From Fervidobacterium sp. (lineage in GTDB: Bacteria > Thermotogota > Thermotogae > Thermotogales > Fervidobacteriaceae): a stretch of DNA of 64,000 nt. Shown piece after piece: positions 1 to 11,548 of the stretch. The first letter of the stretch is position 1. Each line of letters begins with the position of its first letter. The notes below the pieces were generated by a model. The model was given only the letters and a program-made list of their open reading frames with translations. It was not told where the DNA came from and ran no database searches. The stretch lies in contig JBMFNR010000002.1 of NCBI GenBank assembly GCA_049970055.1, forward strand, positions 276,406 through 340,405, given 5' to 3'. The position numbers and the translations under genes are program-made.

Positions 1-502
1 ATTTTGATATGAGAAGCGCTTGTCTTAAACCTTCTTGTGCTGTTTCGACAACGTTGGAGAGCGCGTAACCCTCATTCGTCTTTACATCAGCGTTAGATGG
101 CAAAAGGTGAATATCCAAGTTTTCGTAGCTTACAACACCAAATGTGATGTTCGATAATGAATATCTTGAGAATTCTTTTTCTTTTGGACTGTTATATTTT
201 ACCACAAGAATTCTAAATTTTTTCAGTTCAGTTTTGAAATATTTTGAAAGCCTCTTTATCTCCTCTGGATAAGTAAATTGCTCAAAAGCCCATGTTCTTA
301 TATAACTATCCAATAGTTTATCTATAATTTCCTTCTCGTCTTTGATTTCGATTAGGAGGGTTATATCACCGATCGAGTAAGGAATCAGAATATATTTCTC
401 ATTGTTGTAACTGTATTCAACCTTGACTTTTGAAGTGAGTGCAATATCCGCGTAGATTTGCTTTTCCTGTTGAACTTCATCTTTGGATGAGTATATCCTC
501 AT
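1..502 (-). CDS. Hypothetical protein, truncated by the window edge (MRIYSSKDEVQQEKQIY...)
   Basis: Manual translation gives an open frame from ATG at 502 to the window start; GGAG RBS at ~511-514; overlaps the queH 3' end. Not in the ORF track. Confidence 0.6.
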   Translation of the reverse strand, partial: MRIYSSKDEVQQEKQIYADIALTSKVKVEYSYNNEKYILIPYSIGDITLLIEIKDEKEIIDKLLDSYIRTWAFEQFTYPEEIKRLSKYFKTELKKFRILVVKYNSPKEKEFSRYSLSNITFGVVSYENLDIHLLPSNADVKTNEGYALSNVVETAQEGLRQALLISK

Positions 503-1061
503 TTTTTTCACTCCTTCGATACGAAAACGCACATCCGCAATAGTTCTGCCTGTAAATATTGAGTTGTTTTATTAACTTTTGTGCATCGTTGTAGAGTGGT
601 GTTTTTCGATAGATATTCGGAAGGTACGTTACACCGTATATCTTCATAATGTCGCTTCCGATTTTGTTGATCATCTCAGTAGACTTTCTTGGAGAAGATG
701 TAAGCGTTGTAGAAAATGATTGGTAACCATTTTCCAAAGCAAATTTTGCCGTCTTTTCGAGTCTCATATTAATACATATTTCACACCTTTTTCCCTTTTC
801 AGGTTCATTTTCGTATCCTTTTGCACGCTTAAAAAAATTCTCTGGATCGTAAGGGACTTTTATTACATTCAAGCTCCACAAATCGGCAAGTTTCAACACT
901 TCGTTATATCTTTTTTCGTACTCTGCCTTAGGATGTATATTTGGATTGTAAAAATATATATCTCCGCGGGCGCCTGAAATGTAAGCTATTACTAAATCTG
1001 GTGCACAACAAACATGAAGAAGGTGACAACTTTTTTCCATTTTTTGAATTACGTAATCCAT
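477..1061 (-). CDS. queH: Epoxyqueuosine reductase QueH (DUF208)
   Basis: LLHVCCAPD, FYNPNIHP, RCxxC and YRQNYCGC motifs. Confidence 0.9.
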   Translation of the reverse strand: MDYVIQKMEKSCHLLHVCCAPDLVIAYISGARGDIYFYNPNIHPKAEYEKRYNEVLKLADLWSLNVIKVPYDPENFFKRAKGYENEPEKGKRCEICINMRLEKTAKFALENGYQSFSTTLTSSPRKSTEMINKIGSDIMKIYGVTYLPNIYRKTPLYNDAQKLIKQLNIYRQNYCGCAFSYRRSEKNEDILIQR

Positions 1062-1510
1062 TAAAACACCTTCTTAGAATCTAACAGTAATGTTACAGGC
1101 CCGTCGTTACTTATTTCCACAAGCATGTGCGCGGCAAAGATACCACTTTCAACATGTAAGCCATATTCTTTTACGAGTTCTATGAACTTTTCATACAATA
1201 CTTTTGCAATTTTTGGAGCAGCACTTTCCGAATACGAAGGTCTCCTACCTTTTCTGCAATCGCCGTACAAAGTGAATTGCGATACGATAAGCATTTCGCC
1301 TTTCACATCCAGTAAAGAAAGGTTCATCTTCCCATCATTATCATCAAATATCCTTAAATTCACAATTTTTTCCGCCAAATACTTTGCATCGTCAACGGTG
1401 TCATCTTTGCCTACGCCAATTAAAACAACTAGCCCATTCCCAATTTTACCTACGATCTGACCATCCACAGAAACACTCGCTTTCGATACGCGTTGCACAA
1501 CTGCACGCAC
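1061..1510 (-). CDS. dtd: D-aminoacyl-tRNA deacylase
   Basis: [13 protein letters not shown] and NDGPVT motifs; downstream of rel. Confidence 0.97.
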   Translation of the reverse strand: MRAVVQRVSKASVSVDGQIVGKIGNGLVVLIGVGKDDTVDDAKYLAEKIVNLRIFDDNDGKMNLSLLDVKGEMLIVSQFTLYGDCRKGRRPSYSESAAPKIAKVLYEKFIELVKEYGLHVESGIFAAHMLVEISNDGPVTLLLDSKKVF

Positions 1511-1511
1511 G

Positions 1512-3716
1512 TTAAGAACGCACCACCTTTCTAACGCCTGGTGAGGATTTGAAAAAGCTCATTATATCGTCGAGTTCCTCAACGGATTTAACACTTACAT
1601 TCAGTGAGATAACAACAGCTTCGTCTGATATATCTTCGAATTTGAAATTTCTAATTTCTATCTTTCTTTCCATTGCACGTGAGAGTATATCTGGTACACG
1701 CTCTTTTCTGTCAAGTTCCATCTTCACGAGTACACCGAATTGAGCAGTTATATCAGATTGCCAAAGTGCCGGAAATTTTCTATCGCTTCCAAGATTCACG
1801 ATGTTGTGGCAATTTGATCTATGTACTACAATTCCGCGTTTACTTGCCACGCCGATGATTCTATCACCAGGGATGGGGTTACAGCATTTTGCAAAGAGTA
1901 TTTCAAGCCCATCAAGTCCATCAACGATCACAAGAGAACCAGTTGATTTCCTTTTCTTTGGTTCTACTTTCTTTTTTTGTTGTTCCTTAACGCCCAGTAT
2001 TCCGAGCAAATCATCTTGAGTAATTGTTTTGTCACCAAGGCGAGTAACAAATTCCTCTTCGTCTATCTGGTGTAACATTTCGTATTTTTTTATTTCGTGT
2101 TTTTGCAGTAGTTCATCGATGGATATATTTAATTTTTTGGCGACCCGCCTTAATACGTCTTTCCCTCTTTCGATAAGCTGTTCTTTCTCTTTTTCTTTGA
2201 AGAACCTTTTTATCTTTGCCTTTGTTCTTGGGCTCTTCGCATACCTTAACCAATCTAAGCTTGGACCGGGAGAAGATTTATTAACAATAATTTCAACCAC
2301 ATCGCCACTATTAAGTTGGTAATCTATCGGTACGATCTTTCCATTGACCTTGGCACCAGCAAAGTGGTGTCCAATTTCCGTATGTACCGCATAAGCAAAA
2401 TCAACAGGTGTTGCTCCGTATGGTAAATGTATAATCTCACCCTTTGGAGTAAGAACGAAGACCTCGGACATTTGGAGTTCTTTCTTCAAATCATCGAGAC
2501 TCGCGTAACCTTGCGAGAGTTCCTTGCGCCATTCAGAAAGTCTAAGCAACCATTTTTGCTTTATATTGACCGCTGGTTCGCCCTCTTTGTAAGCCCAGTG
2601 CGCAATTAAACCATATTCAGCTTCTTCGTGCATTTGTTGGTCTCTAATTTGAACTTCCAATGGTTCTCCAAACTGTGTTATCACAGTTGTGTGGATGGAT
2701 CTGTAACCGTTAGATTTTGGTGCAGCTATGTAATCTTTGAATCTTCCAGGTAGTGGTACCCAGAGGCTATGGACAATTCCAATAGTTGTGTAGCAAGTTG
2801 TAACATCTTTTACTATGGCTCTAAGTCCCATTAAATCGTACAACTCGTTGAAGTCCTTACCTTTTTGTAGCATCTTTTTCCAAATACTGTAGTAATGTTT
2901 ATACCGTCCCTCGACCGTTGCTTTGATATTATGCTCTTCGAGAGCTGTTTGGAGTTGTTGGATGTAGTTTTTTAATCGTTCCTCCCTTTCTGTTTTCTTT
3001 TGCGAGATCATCTGTTTTATTTTCTGATATTCATCGTAGTGCAAGACTTTAAAACTCAAATCTTCAAGTTCAGATTTTATCACGTTGATTCCAAGCTTAT
3101 GCGCAATAGGTGCGTAAACTTCTAATGTTTCCATAGCTTTGTAGCGTTTCTTTTCATTATCTTCCACAAATTCAATAGTGCGCATATTGTGAAGTCTATC
3201 TGCAAGTTTAACGAAGATAACCCTGATATCTTCTGCCATTGCAAAGAGCATCTTTTGAATAGTTTCTAACTTTTTTCTCTGCTCAGTGTTTCCAACCGGT
3301 GCATTGATTTTACTTACTTTAGTTACACCATCAACAATCAGCGCAATATCGTGCCCAAATTGTTTTTCTATCATCTCGTAAGTAACTTTTCCATTACTAT
3401 CTTCTATTGCATCGTGTAGTATCGCTGCGATAATACTTTCGGCATCCAATTTCAACGAAGCCACAATTTTTGCAACTTCGAGTGGATGAACGATGAACGG
3501 TTCACCAGACTTTCTGTAAAGTCCTTCGTACGCGATCTTGCCAAGTTCGATAGCCTTTTTAATTTTAACCTTATCACTTTCGGCAAGTTTTCTCCCAAGT
3601 AAGTTTTCGATTTCTTGTATAAACGCTTCACTTTCTATTTTCTCTGAAATTGTAATCCCATTGCCGCCTTCCTGTAGGTAGTCTCCCTGTAGGTATTTGC
3701 CAAGATTTTCAGGCAT
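1512..3716 (-). CDS. relA: Bifunctional (p)ppGpp synthetase/hydrolase Rel (HD-SYNTH-TGS-ACT)
   Basis: [42 protein letters not shown] and TGS motif GATPVDFAY. Confidence 0.95.
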   Translation of the reverse strand: MPENLGKYLQGDYLQEGGNGITISEKIESEAFIQEIENLLGRKLAESDKVKIKKAIELGKIAYEGLYRKSGEPFIVHPLEVAKIVASLKLDAESIIAAILHDAIEDSNGKVTYEMIEKQFGHDIALIVDGVTKVSKINAPVGNTEQRKKLETIQKMLFAMAEDIRVIFVKLADRLHNMRTIEFVEDNEKKRYKAMETLEVYAPIAHKLGINVIKSELEDLSFKVLHYDEYQKIKQMISQKKTEREERLKNYIQQLQTALEEHNIKATVEGRYKHYYSIWKKMLQKGKDFNELYDLMGLRAIVKDVTTCYTTIGIVHSLWVPLPGRFKDYIAAPKSNGYRSIHTTVITQFGEPLEVQIRDQQMHEEAEYGLIAHWAYKEGEPAVNIKQKWLLRLSEWRKELSQGYASLDDLKKELQMSEVFVLTPKGEIIHLPYGATPVDFAYAVHTEIGHHFAGAKVNGKIVPIDYQLNSGDVVEIIVNKSSPGPSLDWLRYAKSPRTKAKIKRFFKEKEKEQLIERGKDVLRRVAKKLNISIDELLQKHEIKKYEMLHQIDEEEFVTRLGDKTITQDDLLGILGVKEQQKKKVEPKKRKSTGSLVIVDGLDGLEILFAKCCNPIPGDRIIGVASKRGIVVHRSNCHNIVNLGSDRKFPALWQSDITAQFGVLVKMELDRKERVPDILSRAMERKIEIRNFKFEDISDEAVVISLNVSVKSVEELDDIMSFFKSSPGVRKVVRS

Positions 3717-3735
3717 CCAAACACCTCTTAAAATG

Positions 3736-4608
3736 TTATATTACCAATTTTCTGACCGCTTCGAATTTTTCTTTATCAGCTACGTGTAAGTATATACTCG
3801 TTGTGCTTAAATTTGCATGTCCTAAGAGTTCTTGTACGATTTTAACATTCACATTGTTCATTATCAGATGCGTTGCAAATGAATGACGAAGTGTATGTGG
3901 GTGAATCTTCTTTGTTATTCCTGCTCTTTTTGCTGCTCGTTTCACTATTCTGAACACAGTTGCGGGGTGTATAGCCTTTCCACGACTTTCTATAAAATAA
4001 ATTTTGGGTTTGTATTTTTGAGCGTATCTTTCAAGAAACGGTACAACGCTATCACTTATCGGTACCAATCTATCTTTATTTCCTTTGCCCATGACCACTT
4101 TCACGTAAGGTGGGTAAAAAGATACATCTTCAACCTTTAGGTTACACAGCTCACTAACACGCAATCCACAAAAATAAAGAAGTAAGATGATCGTTTTATA
4201 TTTTAATTCCTTCTCTTCATTGAACGCCTCTATTATTGCCTTAACTTCATCGATTGTCAGAAAGTTTGGTATCTTCTTCCTTAACCTTGGATGCCTTACC
4301 CGTTCCATAGGGTTTTCAACCAGTACTCCAATTAATTGAAGGTAGTCGAAAAAAGTTCTTAACGAAGAAATATATCGCGATACTGTTGTTTCTGTAACCA
4401 TACCTCCAGTTATCTGGCCTTTAGATAGTGCTTTTATAAACGCTTCTACATCAGAGCGTGTAATATCCTTAACAGGTTTTTGTATATATTCGAAAAACCT
4501 CCGTATATCTTTTATATATGCTTTTACGGTGTTTTCAGAGCTTCGTCTAACATGTATGAGATAATCTTCGTATGTTCGAATCAAATGTTCTATATCGATG
4601 CGTACCAC
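3736..4608 (-). CDS. XerC/XerD-family site-specific tyrosine recombinase
   Basis: GLRVSEL, GKGNKDR, HTLRHSFATHL and LLGHANLSTTSIY (full R-K-H-R-H-Y set); lies in a housekeeping operon. Confidence 0.92.
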   Translation of the reverse strand: MVRIDIEHLIRTYEDYLIHVRRSSENTVKAYIKDIRRFFEYIQKPVKDITRSDVEAFIKALSKGQITGGMVTETTVSRYISSLRTFFDYLQLIGVLVENPMERVRHPRLRKKIPNFLTIDEVKAIIEAFNEEKELKYKTIILLLYFCGLRVSELCNLKVEDVSFYPPYVKVVMGKGNKDRLVPISDSVVPFLERYAQKYKPKIYFIESRGKAIHPATVFRIVKRAAKRAGITKKIHPHTLRHSFATHLIMNNVNVKIVQELLGHANLSTTSIYLHVADKEKFEAVRKLVI

Positions 4609-4621
4609 TCTCCTATACTGG

Positions 4622-5347
4622 CTATATAAAATCTGAATGTTCCATCAACAATTTGTATGCTTTCTTAGCTGCATCTTTCTCTGCATCCTTTTTCGAATTT
4701 CCTACTCCTGTTGATATTTTTTGGCCGTGTATGTACAGTTCAACTAAAAATTTTCCATTTTCGTCGTTTTTAATGGCTTTGTACTCTGGGAGCTCTCTGA
4801 ACTTTTCCTGTGTAATTTCTTGAAGAGCCGTTTTGTAATCAAAAATTCTCTGACCGGTGTAAAATACCTCTATCGCCCTTTTAAACTTTTCGCCGAAGAT
4901 TTTCATAACGCTTTCTAAATCACCATCTAAATAAATCGCAGCACAAAGCGCTTCAAAAGCATCCGCCAATATACTACTTCTTGTTCTCCCGCCGGTTTTT
5001 TCTTCGCCTTTGCCAAGGAAGATGTACTTACCAAGTTCGATTTCCTTAGCCATTTCGGTAAGTACCTCTTCGCTGGCAACGGCTCCTTTGATCTTGGCCA
5101 TGTCACCTTCACTTGAATTTGGGTAATTTTTGTACAGTATGTCGCACACTACAAGTTCTACGACTGCGTCTCCAAGAAATTCAAGGCGTTCGTTATCTTC
5201 AATATTTCTACCAAGTTGGTTTACTTCGTATGCGTAGCTGGAGTGACAGAGGGCATTGAACAGGAGCATTTTATTTTTGAAAGTGTATCCGAGTCGATAC
5301 TGGAGTTCCTCAAGTAAATGTCTTTCTCTTGCTCGTAATTCGTCCAT
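4622..5347 (-). CDS. rnc: Ribonuclease III
   Basis: NERLEFLGDAV signature and C-terminal dsRBD (DYKTALQE...SKKDAE). Confidence 0.97.
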   Translation of the reverse strand: MDELRARERHLLEELQYRLGYTFKNKMLLFNALCHSSYAYEVNQLGRNIEDNERLEFLGDAVVELVVCDILYKNYPNSSEGDMAKIKGAVASEEVLTEMAKEIELGKYIFLGKGEEKTGGRTRSSILADAFEALCAAIYLDGDLESVMKIFGEKFKRAIEVFYTGQRIFDYKTALQEITQEKFRELPEYKAIKNDENGKFLVELYIHGQKISTGVGNSKKDAEKDAAKKAYKLLMEHSDFI

Positions 5348-6288
5348 TCACGCACCTCCACAACATGGAACGTTCTAAGTTTATTGTTCTTCGACTCATT
5401 CCATTCGACTTTTATCGGTACTGCAAATTCCGGCTTTAACTTACCTTCCACGACCCAAAATCGAGAGCTTTCTACCCTGTATATTGAAGGATTAGCAACG
5501 ATTGTCAAAATCAGTGGTTTATCGGCCACGATAACGTCATCTATCACGTCTATTTTCCTCAATTCTTGTGCCAAATTGTATACTTCTTCCCTGAATGGCT
5601 TAACATTTATCACCGCTATATTTTTCGATAGCGGACCTACTATTTTCACATTAGCAATCTCATTTGACGCTGGAAAATAATCGAGTACCATTTCATTTGC
5701 TATAGCCGTTGCTTTGCCGTGGTATGCAGGATTGGTCATCGGTTTAAGAAGATGTTTTAATTTACATCCTTCCCTTAGTGCATGTTCACCAATCCTTCTG
5801 ATCACAACTTTGTATCTATCTAGTATTTTTTGAATTTCGTCCTTACTAATGTCACCCAGTGGGGCATACATACCATTAAATATACGCAGTCCCGTCTGCC
5901 CCCAGGTATCGGATGAATTTGAACCAGTAACCACCAATCGACCATTAGCGTAAGATAACACCGTTGAGATCTTTACCTGCTTTGTGCACATATTACACGA
6001 TGGACCGTATCTCCATATCGCTTCTTGCCCTCTGTTGTACAGGAATGTGATTTTAAAATCAAATCTTTCTGCAAATTCAGAGACGATCTCTAAACTATTA
6101 GAATACGTGTACGGACCATACACAACATGTACCAATTCGATATTTTCTTTTCCTATCGCCTCCGCACAAAGTAAAGCTGAAGCGGTACTATCCATACCTC
6201 CAGAGAATGCTACAACAAAATTTTTGCCGTACTCTTTTGCAACGGTTTTTATATCGTTTAAAATATCTTCAGCAGTGACGTGTTTCAT
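5221..6288 (-). CDS. PP-loop (ExsB/QueC/NAD-synthase-like) ATP-binding protein
   Basis: VVAFSGGMDS PP-loop, CxxC and later GC; 3' end overlaps rnc by 127 nt. Confidence 0.7.
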   Translation of the reverse strand: MKHVTAEDILNDIKTVAKEYGKNFVVAFSGGMDSTASALLCAEAIGKENIELVHVVYGPYTYSNSLEIVSEFAERFDFKITFLYNRGQEAIWRYGPSCNMCTKQVKISTVLSYANGRLVVTGSNSSDTWGQTGLRIFNGMYAPLGDISKDEIQKILDRYKVVIRRIGEHALREGCKLKHLLKPMTNPAYHGKATAIANEMVLDYFPASNEIANVKIVGPLSKNIAVINVKPFREEVYNLAQELRKIDVIDDVIVADKPLILTIVANPSIYRVESSRFWVVEGKLKPEFAVPIKVEWNESKNNKLRTFHVVEVREWTNYEQEKDIYLRNSSIDSDTLSKIKCSCSMPSVTPATHTK

Positions 6289-6494
6289 CCCAATCCTCCT
6301 AGCTTAAGAATAGCTTTTCTTATTATTTTACCACAATTCTTGACAAATTTGAATATATTTGAGATTTAAGGTGTGACAATGGAATAAAGTTAGATTTCAA
6401 AAGTCTAATTTACAAAAATCACCATTTGAGATTGGATAATGTTCGTGGTAAACTATTAGTGGGGTAAGGATTATAAAAACACAAAAGAGGTGAG

Positions 6495-8156
6495 ATGATG
6501 TTGTCTGATATTGAAATTGCAAAACAAGCAAAATTGAAACCGATAAGCGAGATTGCTTTTTCACTGGGCATTCCAGATGAAGTTGTAAGACCGTATGGAA
6601 AATATATCGCAAAGATTGATCACCGGTATCTTAAAACCTTAACGGACAAGCCGAACGGGAAGCTCATATTGGTAACAGCCATTACTCCGACTCCGGCTGG
6701 TGAAGGCAAGACTACAACGAGTATTGGACTTTCCATGGCTCTCAACCGCATTGGGAAAAAATCCATCGTTACGCTCAGGGAACCTTCACTTGGGCCTGTA
6801 TTCGGTGTTAAAGGTGGGGCAGCTGGTGGAGGGTATTCGCAAGTTCTTCCCATGGAGGATATAAACTTACACTTTACAGGCGATATCCACGCAGTTACAA
6901 CTGCTCACAACTTGATTTCAGCGATGATAGATGCGCATATCAATCATGGAAATGAAATAGGAATCGATATAAGAAAGATTTACTGGAAGCGTGCAATGGA
7001 TATGAACGATAGAGCATTGAGGCAGATAGTGGTAGCGTTAGGAGGTAGTGCCAACGGATATCCAAGGGAAGATGGATTTTTAATCACCGCTGCATCTGAG
7101 ATTATGGCAACTTTATGTCTTGCAAGTGATATCGGAGACTTAAAAAGAAGGATAGGCGAAATTGTGTTAGCTCAAGGAAAAGAAGGTTTGGTTAGAGTTA
7201 AAGATCTGAAGGCGCAAGGTGCAGTAGCTGCCTTATTGAAAGACGCAATCAATCCTAACCTTGTGCAGACAATCGAAAACACACCGGCATTTGTTCACGG
7301 TGGCCCTTTTGCTAATATCGCACACGGTACAAATACACTTATTGCAACCAAACTTGCTTTAAAGCTTGCCGATTATGTTGTCACGGAAGCAGGTTTTGCG
7401 GCTGATCTTGGTGCTCAGAAGTTTTTAGATTTCGTTGCACCAACTGGCAATTTGTCTGTAGATGCGGTAGTTATTGTTGCATCAATACGCGCGTTGAAAT
7501 ATCACGGTGGTGTGGAAAAGGACAAACTTAACGAGGAAAGTGTGGACGCGGTTCTGAAAGGCATGGAAAACTTAAAAGTACATGTTGAAAATATGAGAAA
7601 GTATGGACTGCCAGTAATCATCGCACTTAATAAATTTTCATCGGATACACAGGCAGAAATTGATACAGTTTTAAAAAATAGCCCAGCAAAGTGTGTTGTT
7701 AACGAAGCTTATGCGAAAGGTTCAGAAGGAGCTCTTGAAATTGCTAAATGTGTTGTTGAAACTATTAAAAGTACTCCAAGTAATTATAAGCCGTTGATAC
7801 CTATGGATCTCCCAGTTGAGCAAAAAATCGAACTGATAGCGAAAGAAATTTACAGAGCTGGTAAAGTTGTATATACGGAAACAGCAAGATCAAAACTTTC
7901 GATGATCAAAAAAAATGGCTTTGGAAATTATCCAGTAATCATAGCAAAGACACAAAACAGTATATCTGACGATCCAAAAAAGATAAATGCACCGAGTGGG
8001 TACGAATTTACCATACGTGACTTCCAAATTAGTGCAGGTGCGGGCTTTGTTGTGGCCTTAGCTGGAGAAATAATGTTAATGCCTGGCCTACCGAAGGTTC
8101 CGGCTGCTGTAAATATAGATATAAACGAAAATGGAGAGATAACTGGACTGTTTTAA
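6495..8156 (+). CDS. fhs: Formate--tetrahydrofolate ligase
   Basis: [29 protein letters not shown] and MPGLP motifs. Confidence 0.98.
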   Translation: MMLSDIEIAKQAKLKPISEIAFSLGIPDEVVRPYGKYIAKIDHRYLKTLTDKPNGKLILVTAITPTPAGEGKTTTSIGLSMALNRIGKKSIVTLREPSLGPVFGVKGGAAGGGYSQVLPMEDINLHFTGDIHAVTTAHNLISAMIDAHINHGNEIGIDIRKIYWKRAMDMNDRALRQIVVALGGSANGYPREDGFLITAASEIMATLCLASDIGDLKRRIGEIVLAQGKEGLVRVKDLKAQGAVAALLKDAINPNLVQTIENTPAFVHGGPFANIAHGTNTLIATKLALKLADYVVTEAGFAADLGAQKFLDFVAPTGNLSVDAVVIVASIRALKYHGGVEKDKLNEESVDAVLKGMENLKVHVENMRKYGLPVIIALNKFSSDTQAEIDTVLKNSPAKCVVNEAYAKGSEGALEIAKCVVETIKSTPSNYKPLIPMDLPVEQKIELIAKEIYRAGKVVYTETARSKLSMIKKNGFGNYPVIIAKTQNSISDDPKKINAPSGYEFTIRDFQISAGAGFVVALAGEIMLMPGLPKVPAAVNIDINENGEITGLF

Positions 8157-8350
8157 AAATTGCATACGCGAATATCTCTAAACATATAGGAGAAAAAAAG
8201 AGATTTTCGATAATTTTCTTTGAAAATGTGATACTCTTCACAAAAATTCCGGTTGCCTACTTTCCAAACCTGAAAGATAATAGTTTCGAATATCTAAAAT
8301 ATGCTTTAATATTTGTAATTCCCCACAAAAATACTGAGGAGGGTGCAAAG

Positions 8351-9634
8351 ATGAAACTTAGTCAGATGGGCAACATTAAACCATTTGGACCACTGTATGA
8401 GAATGCTCAGAAACAGTTTTTGAAAGCAGCAGATCTTATGAACCTCGATCCAAACATAGGTAACTTCTTACTATGGCCACAAAGGATTTTGGAGGTACAC
8501 TTTCCAGTAGTAATGGATGATGGAAGAGTTGAAATATTCGAGGGTTACAGGGTTCAGCACAACACAGCAAGAGGACCAGCAAAGGGAGGTATCAGATACC
8601 ATCCAGACACAAACCTTGATGAAGTTGCATCGCTTGCATTTTGGATGACTTGGAAATGCGCTGTTATGAACTTACCATACGGTGGAGGTAAAGGTGGAGT
8701 TAGAGTTGACGTTACAAAGCTCTCAGAAAAAGAGCTTGAAAGACTGAGCAGAAGGTTCTTCTCAGAAATACAGATGATGGTAGGTCCACAAAAGGATATT
8801 CCTGCTCCAGATGTAAACACAAACGCAAAGATAATGGCATGGTACATGGACACGTACAGTATGAACGTGGGTTACACAGCGCTTGGCGTTGTTACTGGAA
8901 AACCACTTGACCTTGGTGGTTCTGACGGAAGACCAGAAGCAACGGGTAGAGGTGTCTCCATAGTTGCAAACGAAGCATGTAAAGCCCTTGGAAAGGATAT
9001 ATCGAAGGCAACCGTTGCGATACAAGGTTTTGGTAACGTAGGTTCCTACAGTGCAAAGATACTCTGTGAGGAATTTGGTGCAAAGGTCGTTGCGGTAAGC
9101 GATGTAAGTGGCGGATTGTACAACGAAAGCGGAATAGACATCAACGATTTAATTGCTTACAGAGACGCAAACAAAGGTCTAATCAAAGGTTATCCAAAGG
9201 CAAAACCAATAACAAATGAAGAACTCCTTGAACTTGATGTCGATATCCTTGTCCCGGCCGCACTTGAAAATGCAATAACAGAAAAGAATGCAAATAACAT
9301 AAAAGCAAAAATTATCGTTGAGGGTGCAAACGGTCCAACAACACCAGAGGCGGAAGAAATACTCATTAAGAAAGGTGTACTTATAGTTCCAGATATACTT
9401 GCGAATGCTGGTGGAGTTACGGTTTCCTACTTTGAATGGGTACAAGACCTACAAACATTCTTCTGGGACATTGACGATGTCAGGAAGAAATTAACGAAGA
9501 TGATGACCAATGCATTTGCAGAAGTTTACAAAACAAAAGAAAAGTACAACACAGACATGAGAACAGCTGCTTACATCGTTGCAATAGGCAGAGTTGCAAA
9601 CGCAGTAAAAGAAAGAGGATACTACCCAATGTAA
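8351..9634 (+). CDS. gdhA: Glutamate dehydrogenase (Glu/Leu/Phe/Val dehydrogenase family)
   Basis: KGGIRYHP, GGGKGG, PAPDVNT and GFGNVG motifs; start moved to ATG 8351 after GAGGAGG. Confidence 0.95.
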   Translation: MKLSQMGNIKPFGPLYENAQKQFLKAADLMNLDPNIGNFLLWPQRILEVHFPVVMDDGRVEIFEGYRVQHNTARGPAKGGIRYHPDTNLDEVASLAFWMTWKCAVMNLPYGGGKGGVRVDVTKLSEKELERLSRRFFSEIQMMVGPQKDIPAPDVNTNAKIMAWYMDTYSMNVGYTALGVVTGKPLDLGGSDGRPEATGRGVSIVANEACKALGKDISKATVAIQGFGNVGSYSAKILCEEFGAKVVAVSDVSGGLYNESGIDINDLIAYRDANKGLIKGYPKAKPITNEELLELDVDILVPAALENAITEKNANNIKAKIIVEGANGPTTPEAEEILIKKGVLIVPDILANAGGVTVSYFEWVQDLQTFFWDIDDVRKKLTKMMTNAFAEVYKTKEKYNTDMRTAAYIVAIGRVANAVKERGYYPM

Positions 9635-9696
9635 TTTACTTATGTAATCTGCAATACCTATAAAACATCAAGCACATCAAAAAACAAAAAAACATC

Positions 9697-9731
9697 TGGA
9701 GCCCCTGATTAAAAAGGGGCTCCAATTTTTC
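9697..9731 (+). terminator. Rho-independent terminator after gdhA
   Basis: TGGAGCCCCT-N8-AGGGGCTCCA followed by a T run. Confidence 0.85.
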
Positions 9732-9800
9732 AATAAGAAGTGCTATAATACATGTTAGAATAATTAGTAAAGCAAACTAATTTATCCGGAGGCGATTGTC

Positions 9801-11519
9801 TTGCTAAGAGAGTTTTTGAAAAAGCGTTGGCACTTTTACATCATGGGGATAATATCGCTTATTATTATTGATCTACTCCAACTTTTTGTACCAAAGTTCA
9901 TTGCAAAAGCTGTGAACACATTGCGAATGATTCAAGACATCAGTGAAATAAAAATCTTTGTCTGGTCCATCTTGGGGCTTGCATTTGGTATGCTTTTTGG
10001 TCGATTTTGGTGGCGGTATTTTATTATGGGAAGTGCACGATATTTCGACTACGATGCAAAGAAAAAACTTTTTGATAAAATTCTCAGTCTTGATATGTTC
10101 TTTTTTGACAAACATCGCTCAGGAGACATAATGGCTTACTTTACAAACGATATTTCAACTGTTGAAAGGATGCTTGGAATTGGTGTTGTGCAACTTACCG
10201 ATGCTGTTTTTATGAGCTTGATGACGATATTCTTCATGGTTACTTCAACTAACTGGAAGCTTACCTTAATTGCCCTGTCTCCTCTACCTGGGATCATAAT
10301 CATTTCCGCACTTTTTGGTAAGCTCATATTCAGACGATCAAGAAAAGTTCAGGATGTTTATTCTGATCTAAGTGGTTATACAGAAGAGACAGTGGACGGA
10401 ATAAGGATAATAAAGAGTTTTTCAATAATACCAAAAATAGAAGAACTCTTTGAAAAACGTGCTAGACAACACTTTGATGCTACGATTTCTTTGATACGTG
10501 TTTGGGGTGTTATGTGGCCGTTAGTTCACTTTATTGGAACGCTTGCATTTTTCTTAGCATTGACAGTGGGTGGACCTATGGTTGTAAAAGGTGTTGTTAC
10601 CCTTGGAGACTACATGGCGTTCAATAGTTACATTGGTATGCTCATTTGGCCACTCACGGCCTATGGAATGGTAATGAATGTAATTCAACAAGGTAGAGCT
10701 TCTCTCGAAAGGTTAAAGGAACTGCAAAGCGTAAATCCGCTTGTAGTTGAACATGAACATCCAAGAACACTTGAGCGTATTGAGATAATTGAAACGAATG
10801 GGTTATCATTTAAATATCCTGGTACAGATAGGTATGTTTTAAAAGATATTGACTTTACAGTTAAGAAGGGTCAATTCGTGGGAATTGTCGGAACAGTTGG
10901 TAGTGGTAAATCCACATTGGTTAAAATAATAAGTAAGTTTTATCCAGTGGAACGTGGTCAAGTTTTTATAAATGGCATCGATATAAATGATTTACACTCT
11001 AAGGATATAAGAAACTTAATATCTTATGTGCCGCAGGAGACATTTCTTTTCTCAAACTCGGTCAAAGAAAATGTTGCATTTGCCATGAAAGAGTATGATT
11101 TTGAGAAAGTTAAAGAAATGGTAAAATTATCTGCTATCGAAGAAGATGTTGAAAAATTCCCAGAAAAGTATGATACAATAGTAGGTCAGAGGGGAGTAAT
11201 GCTCTCTGGTGGTCAAAAGCAAAGGTTGACGATTGCCCGAGCTTTAATGCGTAAAGCGGATGTGTACATATTCGACGATTGTTTGTCAGCGGTTGACCCC
11301 GAGACAGAGCAAGAAATAATCGAAACACTAAGAACGAAGATGAAAGGTTCCACGATGATAATTATCACACACAGATTAAAAGTTTTGCAAAATGCTGATA
11401 TAATATATGTGTTAGACCAAGGAAGAATACTCGAAAAAGGTACACATTATGAATTGTTGGAAAACAAAGGACTTTACGCAAAAATGTACAAAAAGCAGTT
11501 GGTTATAAATGGCGATTAG
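9801..11519 (+). CDS. ABC exporter, fused permease/ATPase (MdlA/MsbA-like)
   Basis: N-terminal TM helices, Walker [17 protein letters not shown], degenerate Walker B IFDDCLSAVD; TGCTATAAT upstream. Confidence 0.92.
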   Translation: MLREFLKKRWHFYIMGIISLIIIDLLQLFVPKFIAKAVNTLRMIQDISEIKIFVWSILGLAFGMLFGRFWWRYFIMGSARYFDYDAKKKLFDKILSLDMFFFDKHRSGDIMAYFTNDISTVERMLGIGVVQLTDAVFMSLMTIFFMVTSTNWKLTLIALSPLPGIIIISALFGKLIFRRSRKVQDVYSDLSGYTEETVDGIRIIKSFSIIPKIEELFEKRARQHFDATISLIRVWGVMWPLVHFIGTLAFFLALTVGGPMVVKGVVTLGDYMAFNSYIGMLIWPLTAYGMVMNVIQQGRASLERLKELQSVNPLVVEHEHPRTLERIEIIETNGLSFKYPGTDRYVLKDIDFTVKKGQFVGIVGTVGSGKSTLVKIISKFYPVERGQVFINGIDINDLHSKDIRNLISYVPQETFLFSNSVKENVAFAMKEYDFEKVKEMVKLSAIEEDVEKFPEKYDTIVGQRGVMLSGGQKQRLTIARALMRKADVYIFDDCLSAVDPETEQEIIETLRTKMKGSTMIIITHRLKVLQNADIIYVLDQGRILEKGTHYELLENKGLYAKMYKKQLVINGD

Positions 11520-11548
11520 TATTCAATAGTATTCAAGAGGGTGAAAAA

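Noticed and set aside
3736..4608. Tyrosine recombinase as a prophage or island integrase
   Set aside because: It has Xer-like length, sits in the rnc-rel-dtd housekeeping operon, and has no att repeats, tRNA or phage genes nearby
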